Assembly (NCBI GenBank): GCA_964493715.1
Contig: CAZBPC010000030.1
Location: forward strand, 1 to 32,862
Length of the DNA: 32,862 nucleotides
DNA from: an uncultured archaeon
GTDB taxonomy: Archaea; Asgardarchaeota; Lokiarchaeia; Sigyniarchaeales; SOKP01
Direction: 5' to 3'
Shown here: positions 26,417 through 32,862 of the stretch, piece by piece
Numbering within the stretch: the first letter of the stretch is position 1
Layout of the letters: each line of letters opens with the position of its first letter
Position numbers and translations under genes: made by a program
Notes under the pieces: generated by a model
Database searches by the model: none
What the model was told of the DNA's origin: nothing
What the model saw: the letters and a program-made list of their open reading frames with translations, nothing else

Positions 26417-27238
26417 TTTTTTTTTATTCAGATAATCCAGATCAAAAGACGTATCGATATCATAAAAGGATCCTGTTGAATTGATTTCGCATGCGATAAC
26501 TTCTTGGAGATTCCTTTTACAAACTTCATTCAAAATATCACTAATTTTATTAAAGCGAGACGATTTTAATATTTGAGAGATTAGTAGCAAGAACTCGTAA
26601 TTTAAAAAAAAGACTGGTATTACTTGATCGATATATGCTTTTTCATTAATACTAGAAAACTCAATCTCTTCGATTCGAATTAATGCCTCAATGTCCCGTT
26701 TTTTAATAGTTTTAATACAAGAAATTGTCTGCCCTTCCTTGTTAATGTCACTGGTTTTAACTCGATTGTAAAATACTATTGGTTTTCTTTGAAATTTCTC
26801 AATTTCCTTCATTATTGTTATTATAATTTCATTTATTAGATCTTGATCAAAGAGCGTATCACCTGGAAAGATTAAAAAATTATTGTCTTTTTTACTTATT
26901 TCGGGGTAATCGAGTATAGTTAAGAATGTAAAAAGTGGGCCTTTATTATAATCAGGATGAGCATTAAGAGTAGTTATTCGGTTATTAAGAAGAGAATTTT
27001 GACTTTTCATGTTAGAAATATAAGTTTCAATTACTTTCCCCATAGATCCTACGATAATGATTATATTTCTTAATCCTTGGCTATATAGATTATCGATAAT
27101 GATGTTTAATAAAGTTTTATTATCCATTGATTGTATCTGAATCAAAGATTTAGGAATAGTCGAGTTAATTTCTCGAAATCTAGTGCCTTCCCCAGCACAT
27201 AAAATAATGACTTGAAGTTTTTCTTTTAATTCTTTCAT
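26405..27238 (-). CDS. Sugar-phosphate nucleotidyltransferase (NTP_transferase family)
   Basis: IILCAGEGTRF...PKSL, FPGD, FYDIDT. Confidence 0.85.
   Translation of the reverse strand: MKELKEKLQVIILCAGEGTRFREINSTIPKSLIQIQSMDNKTLLNIIIDNLYSQGLRNIIIIVGSMGKVIETYISNMKSQNSLLNNRITTLNAHPDYNKGPLFTFLTILDYPEISKKDNNFLIFPGDTLFDQDLINEIIITIMKEIEKFQRKPIVFYNRVKTSDINKEGQTISCIKTIKKRDIEALIRIEEIEFSSINEKAYIDQVIPVFFLNYEFLLLISQILKSSRFNKISDILNEVCKRNLQEVIACEINSTGSFYDIDTSFDLDYLNKKKGGQ
26417..26425 (+). terminator. Oligo-T terminator for the candidate RNA
   Basis: T9 run just after the 3' arm of the closing stem; it also encodes Lys codons of the convergent gene. Confidence 0.4.
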
Positions 27239-27264
27239 TTTGAGCTAATTTTTATTTTATAGGA

Positions 27265-28179
27265 TTACTTAGTTGTTACAATAGTATTTCCATCTTGATC
27301 TATAACTATGGTATGTTCTTGCTGAGCGACTGGTGCTCTTGTTTGTTCAATTAATATAGGATAATGATCAAGTATCTTTTTCCCAACAAACGAATCTATA
27401 TATCTTTTAATTTTATCAACTGGAATGATGTTATGTTTTTCGATTAAACGAGGTGAAAAAGGTAATTTTTTGGTTAAAGAGTCTATTTTTTGCATAAAAG
27501 CTTGTTCCTCATAGGAGATATTCTTTTTTATTTTTCTGACTAATCTATAAATATATGAGGTATCTCCATTTACCACCTTTCCCGTTCCCGAGGTTGAAAA
27601 TGGTTCACAAGCATATGCTTGACCCGGTTTTATTACTTGATCATGCCTTTTATCTTTATAATTTGGAATAAATGGTCCTGCGTGGAGGTTAAATTGTTTT
27701 AATTCATGACCACCCAAATTGGTTATAGGTCGTAGTCCAAAACTGATGATTTTGTCCGCAATCGCTTCACCTAATTCATATAATTTGACTCCCGGTTTGA
27801 AAAGTTCAATAGCTGCTTCTAAACCTTCATCAGCAGCATCAATATATTTCTGTAAGGATGGATCTTCGTCTAAATTAATTGTAAAGGCTGAATCTGCAAT
27901 ATACCCGTTATGATGAGAACCAAGATCTATTTTCAACAATCCTTTTTCTGGAACTAGAGTCGAATCTGCAATTGGTGGACTATAATGAGCAGCTATTTCA
28001 TTTAATGATAAATTTATTGGAAAAGATAACTCACAACCTTTTTTTAGAATCTCTTCTTCACAGATATTTGCAACTTCTAAGTAAGAGATTCCCGGTTTTA
28101 TTATTTTTCGGGCAAGATTTTTTGCTGCAACAACAGCTTTTCCAGCTAAGATATATGATTGAATCCAATTTTCTGACAT
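27265..28179 (-). CDS. map: Methionine aminopeptidase type II
   Basis: AAHYSP, KIDLGSH.NGYIADSAFT, NLGGH, ACEPF, QQEHT. Confidence 0.95.
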   Translation of the reverse strand: MSENWIQSYILAGKAVVAAKNLARKIIKPGISYLEVANICEEEILKKGCELSFPINLSLNEIAAHYSPPIADSTLVPEKGLLKIDLGSHHNGYIADSAFTINLDEDPSLQKYIDAADEGLEAAIELFKPGVKLYELGEAIADKIISFGLRPITNLGGHELKQFNLHAGPFIPNYKDKRHDQVIKPGQAYACEPFSTSGTGKVVNGDTSYIYRLVRKIKKNISYEEQAFMQKIDSLTKKLPFSPRLIEKHNIIPVDKIKRYIDSFVGKKILDHYPILIEQTRAPVAQQEHTIVIDQDGNTIVTTK

Positions 28180-28215
28180 GTAAATAAATAATTGATTTTT
28201 GCTTATAAAATAATT

Positions 28216-29538
28216 CTATGGAGTTAATCTATCAGGTGTTCGGGGGTACATAACAGTTTCTCTAATATCATCTAATCCACATAAGAAGGTTATCCATCGT
28301 GCAATTCCTAAACCAAATCCCGCATGAGGTGGCATTCCAAAGTCAAAAGCGCTGAGATGAGATTCAAACGATAATGGGTTCAATCCTTTAGCCTCTAAAG
28401 CTTCTTCTAATTGTTTTCTAGAATGTACCCTAGTTCCTCCGGAGGTTAATTCTAACCAACCCATCTGTAGATCAAATGATTCGCTATATTTTGGATCTTT
28501 AGATGGCATAATGTAGAAGGGTTTTATTTTCATAGGCCAATGAGTAATATAATAATATTCTTTAAATTCTTCTCCTAATTTACGATAAGCTTCAGTAGAA
28601 ATGTCTTCACCCCATTCAAGGGGGATACCAAACTTGTTATTGATTATATCAATCATTTCTTCATACTTATATCGAGGAAATGGTAATTTCGGAATTGTTG
28701 TTTTATCTTCCATTTCCAGGAATTTTAATGCACTCATTTTATTACTTCTAATGTTTTCTATTACATCATGAACTAACTCCTCCAATAATTTTAATACGTC
28801 ATGCATATTCACGAACGCCATCTCTACATCTAAAGTAAATATCTCACAAAGGTGACGTTTCGTTCGGCTTTTTTCTGCTCTAAAACAAGGACTTATTTCA
28901 TAAACTCTCTCATAAACACCACTTAATTGTTCTTTATATAATTGTGCTGATTGAGTCAAGAATGCTTCCCTATCAAAATACATGATTGGAAACAACTCAG
29001 TTCCTCCTTCTGTTGCTGAACCTATTATTTTTGGAGTTGTTATCTCTGTAAAATTATTATTAAGTAAAAATTGTCGAATAGTGTTTAAAACTTCTCCACG
29101 AATTTCAAATATTGCTTGGTTTCGTGGCGATCTTAAATCCAAAGATCTATTATTTAATCGGATATCCAATTCTGAAAGAGTTTCACCTGTCATATCTATA
29201 GGTAATTTTTCGGGTGTTTTATTAAGAATCCTAAGTTCTGAAGGAATGATTTCAACTCCGCCAGGAGCTTTATCAAATGCTTTTACTACTCCCTTAACCA
29301 TAATGCAATATTGATATCCTAATTTTGTATTTTCAAATAATTCATCAGACACATTTCCTTTCTTTAAGGTTATTTGTCTTTCACCATATTTATCTTGGAG
29401 ATTAATAAACTTTAATCCACCAAGATCACGAAAATTTCTAACCCACCCCCCAAGTATAATCTCTTTTCCTGCTAAGTTAGCCGAGACATCTTTTGTATAA
29501 TGTGTTTTACGCCAAGTATCCATTTGTTCTATCATCAT
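28216..29538 (-). CDS. aspS: Aspartate--tRNA ligase, archaeal type, probably non-discriminating
   Basis: GWV...RDLGG, ATEGG, QSAQLYK, FRAEKS.T.RHL.E, GMPPHAGFGLG, PRTPDRLTP; Pro in the KAPGG loop suggests the ND type. Confidence 0.93.
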   Translation of the reverse strand: MMIEQMDTWRKTHYTKDVSANLAGKEIILGGWVRNFRDLGGLKFINLQDKYGERQITLKKGNVSDELFENTKLGYQYCIMVKGVVKAFDKAPGGVEIIPSELRILNKTPEKLPIDMTGETLSELDIRLNNRSLDLRSPRNQAIFEIRGEVLNTIRQFLLNNNFTEITTPKIIGSATEGGTELFPIMYFDREAFLTQSAQLYKEQLSGVYERVYEISPCFRAEKSRTKRHLCEIFTLDVEMAFVNMHDVLKLLEELVHDVIENIRSNKMSALKFLEMEDKTTIPKLPFPRYKYEEMIDIINNKFGIPLEWGEDISTEAYRKLGEEFKEYYYITHWPMKIKPFYIMPSKDPKYSESFDLQMGWLELTSGGTRVHSRKQLEEALEAKGLNPLSFESHLSAFDFGMPPHAGFGLGIARWITFLCGLDDIRETVMYPRTPDRLTP

Positions 29539-29628
29539 TATATCACTCTTATATTGAATATAAATATTAGAATAAATTTGAAAACGAAAATAACAATAAA
29601 TTCTTTGTTATATTATATATTGCTAGGT

Positions 29629-31131
29629 ATGCCAACTTTAAGATGGAAGGATAAAGAAAAATATGAACACTTAATCTCTAATACGCACCATAAAGATTTA
29701 ATATTTCACGTAAATGAGATGTTTCATAATATTTCATTAGGGAATACTTCTATAGATAAAGTTGATACATGGGAAAATATGTTAATTCTGGGAGATAATA
29801 AATTAGTGATGGAAGCCTTAATTAACAGTTCTCTTGAAAAGATTGATCTAATCTATCTTGATCCCCCTTTTGCAACTGGGGGCAAATTTAATTATAAAAT
29901 CCAAATTGGTGAAGACGGAGCAAAAGAAGTCGTAGAATCATATTCAGACAAATGGCAAGGAGGAATAGATGCTTATCTTAACTTCTTATACGAGAGACTT
30001 CTTTTAATGAAAAATCTTCTTTCAGAAAAAGGTAGCATATATTTACATTTAGATTGGCACGTAAGCCATTATGTAAAGATTATTTTAGATGAAATTTTCG
30101 GTGAAGCAAATTTTCGCAATGAAATAATTTGGGTTTATCCTGCAGCTTCTGCTCAAACAAGAAACTTTTTTATCCGATCTTATGACGTTATTTTATTTTA
30201 CACGAAATCTGATAAATATGTATTCAATGATGATCCCAATATATACATGGATTATTCTGAGAGAGTTAAAAATGCTCTGAAAGAAGATGAAAATGGAGTG
30301 TTTTATTATAGAGGTGGAAGTCATAACGGCAAAAAATTATCACAGAAAGTATACATCGAACAAGATGGCATCTTTCCGAGGGATTTTTGGCATGATATTC
30401 CATACGTGAGAGCTAATACTGTTGAATATCAAGGTTTTTCTACTCAAAAACCTGAACGATTATTAAAAAGAATAATTTTATCTTCTACAAATTGCAATGA
30501 TATAGTTGCAGATTTCTTTTGCGGTAGTGGTACTACTTTGGCTGTAGCTGAAAAATTAGGAAGAAGGTGGATAGGATGTGATTCTACAAATCATGCCTTA
30601 CATATGGGGCGCAAAAGATTGCTCAATATCAATAAGAGTAATGATCTTTTAAATTGGAAAACAAATTATAAGCATACTCTAAAGCCATTTAAAATTTTAT
30701 CATTAGAAGGAATGCATAATAGAGGTTTTCTAAATGATAAATTCATGGATGAAGGAAAAAATATTAAATTAGAGAATGTTTTAAAGACCATTAAACCAAA
30801 ATTATCGATAGAAATTCACCAAAATGGGCATAAAATAGTTCTTGAACTGAAAGATTATTCACTTCCCTTTATAGATAAAATCTCCAGTAAAATTAGAGAA
30901 AAAATCATAAAATTTTCAGATTGGATCGATTATTGGGCAATTGATTTTTGTTATTCTCAAAATATATTCAATGTTAATTGGACCTCATTTCGAAGTCCAA
31001 AAATGCGAAAATTAGAAATGAGATCTAAAGAACATACATACTTAAAAACCGGAAAATATCTCATTGCTGTTATGATAATTGATATTTTAGGCATTGAAAC
31101 AGTCCACACATTCGAAATCAATGTAGATTAA
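29629..31131 (+). CDS. Beta-class amino-DNA methyltransferase (type III Mod-like); start ATG 29629
   Basis: DLIYLDPPF (motif IV) precedes TQKPE and DFFCGSGTT (motif I); the ORF-track N-terminus overlaps aspS and is low-complexity. Confidence 0.9.
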   Translation: MPTLRWKDKEKYEHLISNTHHKDLIFHVNEMFHNISLGNTSIDKVDTWENMLILGDNKLVMEALINSSLEKIDLIYLDPPFATGGKFNYKIQIGEDGAKEVVESYSDKWQGGIDAYLNFLYERLLLMKNLLSEKGSIYLHLDWHVSHYVKIILDEIFGEANFRNEIIWVYPAASAQTRNFFIRSYDVILFYTKSDKYVFNDDPNIYMDYSERVKNALKEDENGVFYYRGGSHNGKKLSQKVYIEQDGIFPRDFWHDIPYVRANTVEYQGFSTQKPERLLKRIILSSTNCNDIVADFFCGSGTTLAVAEKLGRRWIGCDSTNHALHMGRKRLLNINKSNDLLNWKTNYKHTLKPFKILSLEGMHNRGFLNDKFMDEGKNIKLENVLKTIKPKLSIEIHQNGHKIVLELKDYSLPFIDKISSKIREKIIKFSDWIDYWAIDFCYSQNIFNVNWTSFRSPKMRKLEMRSKEHTYLKTGKYLIAVMIIDILGIETVHTFEINVD

Positions 31132-32517
31132 TTATTTCATCAATTCTCGTAAAACCATCGTAGCATAAGATCCTCTTGGAAGAGAAAATTCAATTTTTAC
31201 TTTTTGTTTATCCTGAAAAACATCGTCTTTACTCACCTTAAGGATTTTTGCATCTGAGAGTTTAATCACCATTGCTCTATGAGCACCTTTAAAATCATAT
31301 TGCCGAAATAATTCATTTTTAAAAATTGAGGAATCAATTTTTTCTTCATTTAATATATCTTCAAAAAATTGGTTCATAAAGGGATACTCATTCATCTCAG
31401 TATTATACCCTACCAGAGGTATTACAATATAGGCTCGATTCAAACTTATCGCTTCTTTTAAGTATTGATCATATCTTCCTCCATAAACGTACTTTATTGA
31501 TGTCAAATCTCCATTATCGTCATCTAAAATTACGATAACGTCTCCATTAACGGGTTCAAAAGGCGAGAATCCTTTTTTAATTCTTAACGTTAGCATTTTG
31601 TTAAAAAAATAGGATTGAAATGAACTAAACAGCAATTTTACCAAATAACTTGGAATTTTTTGCACGCTACCTTTAAAATCCTTTTCGTGGTCTATAAGAT
31701 GATGAATCATCATCCTTTCATAGTTCAGGCTTTTTGGAAAATTTGCATATGCCCATTCCATATTGCCATCTTTTCTTAATTTATTTCTTACTAATTGTGA
31801 ATCAATTGATTCTGAAGAGTAAGTATTTAGGACAAGCTCATTAAAAACATTTTCATACTCATTTCGCAAAATATACTTCGCGATAATGTGAGAATTAGGT
31901 CTAAATGTTCCAAACCGTTGAAGCCCATAATAATTTAAAAATCCTTTGCTTGATAATGTCTCGAAGACTTTCAAAATACGCGTTTCTACATCAATATCGC
32001 TATCTATATTCCTTATTATTACAGTAAAATGATTTCCTTTATTACTACCGAGTTGTATTGATTTTCGTGAAAGAGAAATATTTTTTATAAAAATATTCCT
32101 GAGTTTTAAATTATTTAATTTTTCTACATGATTCCCTTTAACTGTAACCTTTTGCACGCTAATGGAACATCTATCTTTTAATCCAGAATAACTAAGATGA
32201 GATATAGGAACCTTTAAAGCAGATGCTATTAAATTGAATGCTTTAAATGGTTCCTTATTTAATTTTACAAGATCAAACTCAGTGAAATCATCATTTTCAC
32301 CTCTTGAAAAATATGATTTTGTTGAAATATCCTTAATTCTGAGAATTTCTCCCTCTTTAGTAATTTCTCTAACAATGAAATCCTTGTAAGTATGCTTGTA
32401 AATGCCTCCTATTCCATCTATACTTGAAGTAGCATAAGAACCAACACCTGCAAACTTTTCGATTTCTTTCTCATTGTTGTTTTCAAAAATAATGATACTA
32501 TCTTGTTTATAAGTCAA
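31132..32517 (-). CDS. truD: tRNA pseudouridine(13) synthase TruD
   Basis: DFIVREI, SGLKDR, GNHFTVIIR, NYYGLQRFG, FSLPRGSYAT.VLRE. Confidence 0.95.
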   Translation of the reverse strand: MTYKQDSIIIFENNNEKEIEKFAGVGSYATSSIDGIGGIYKHTYKDFIVREITKEGEILRIKDISTKSYFSRGENDDFTEFDLVKLNKEPFKAFNLIASALKVPISHLSYSGLKDRCSISVQKVTVKGNHVEKLNNLKLRNIFIKNISLSRKSIQLGSNKGNHFTVIIRNIDSDIDVETRILKVFETLSSKGFLNYYGLQRFGTFRPNSHIIAKYILRNEYENVFNELVLNTYSSESIDSQLVRNKLRKDGNMEWAYANFPKSLNYERMMIHHLIDHEKDFKGSVQKIPSYLVKLLFSSFQSYFFNKMLTLRIKKGFSPFEPVNGDVIVILDDDNGDLTSIKYVYGGRYDQYLKEAISLNRAYIVIPLVGYNTEMNEYPFMNQFFEDILNEEKIDSSIFKNELFRQYDFKGAHRAMVIKLSDAKILKVSKDDVFQDKQKVKIEFSLPRGSYATMVLRELMK

Positions 32518-32538
32518 GGGCTTTTTCTCAACAAAATA

Positions 32539-32862
32539 TTATAATAATTTTAGATCTCCGGTTATTTCATCTAATTCTCGTGAAAGAGCAGGTCCGATAC
32601 CTAATGCAGTTGCTGTTCCGGGAGATAATTGAGTAAGTCCAGCATCTCTGACTAAAAAGTAAGGGATGTTTTTCTTTTCTAATTTAATTATTATGTCGCT
32701 TAATTCCTCCATACTCATTACCTTTAATACAACTTTTTTTTGCCCTGAATTCTTCCAATTCTTCCATATTAGCTTGTCTTTAATTCGTACTAAATCAGAA
32801 GTTGAAACTGAAGCATGGCAAGATTGAGCGCACTTTTTTCCCGTACCCATTTTTAAATCTGT
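32539..32862 (-). CDS. pth2: Peptidyl-tRNA hydrolase Pth2, 5'-truncated by the window edge
   Basis: [41 protein letters not shown]; frame stays open to the window end. Confidence 0.93.
   Translation of the reverse strand, partial: TDLKMGTGKKCAQSCHASVSTSDLVRIKDKLIWKNWKNSGQKKVVLKVMSMEELSDIIIKLEKKNIPYFLVRDAGLTQLSPGTATALGIGPALSRELDEITGDLKLL

Noticed and set aside
26385-26417. tRNA/tmRNA-like 3' end (UCCACC)
   Set aside because: No T-arm adjacent to the acceptor-like stem and no cloverleaf
29500-29628. N-terminal extension of the methyltransferase in the ORF track
   Set aside because: Overlaps the aspS start and the AT-rich divergent promoter region; ATG 29629 gives a plausible N-terminus
1-32862. 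Selenoprotein (in-frame UGA) or SECIS element
   Set aside because: Thioredoxin has Cys-Gly-Pro-Cys, TGA stops fall at natural protein ends, and no convincing SECIS core was seen by eye

Overview
AT-rich, densely coding archaeal window that looks like Asgard archaea, most likely Lokiarchaeia. The assignment is inferred from archaeal housekeeping genes (thrS, aspS, map type II, truD, pth2, prs, ribK/ribL, translin, MfnD-like ATP-grasp) interleaved with eukaryotic-signature-like proteins. No rRNA, tRNA, CRISPR array or transposase was seen. Main observations: (1) a 411-aa orphan (16494-17729) that follows the Bro1/ALIX motif order and ends in a steadiness-box-like helical hairpin, so it is a candidate ESCRT adaptor; (2) an unannotated, probably structured ncRNA of about 470 nt in the largest intergenic gap (25946-26416, +), with a TATA box, a 12-bp 5'/3' closing stem, many internal helices and a U-run; (3) a Rab-like GTPase whose P-loop can only be translated from a non-canonical, probably AUU, start codon; (4) unusual fusions: gelsolin+TM, longin+NPRL2-like winged helix, ArsR-HTH+Yip1-like, and Alba with an R-N-N repeat insertion; (5) a ThrRS with Asp at the position of the Zn-binding Cys. 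All family assignments come from motif recognition by eye and recalled reference sequences; no database searches were run.
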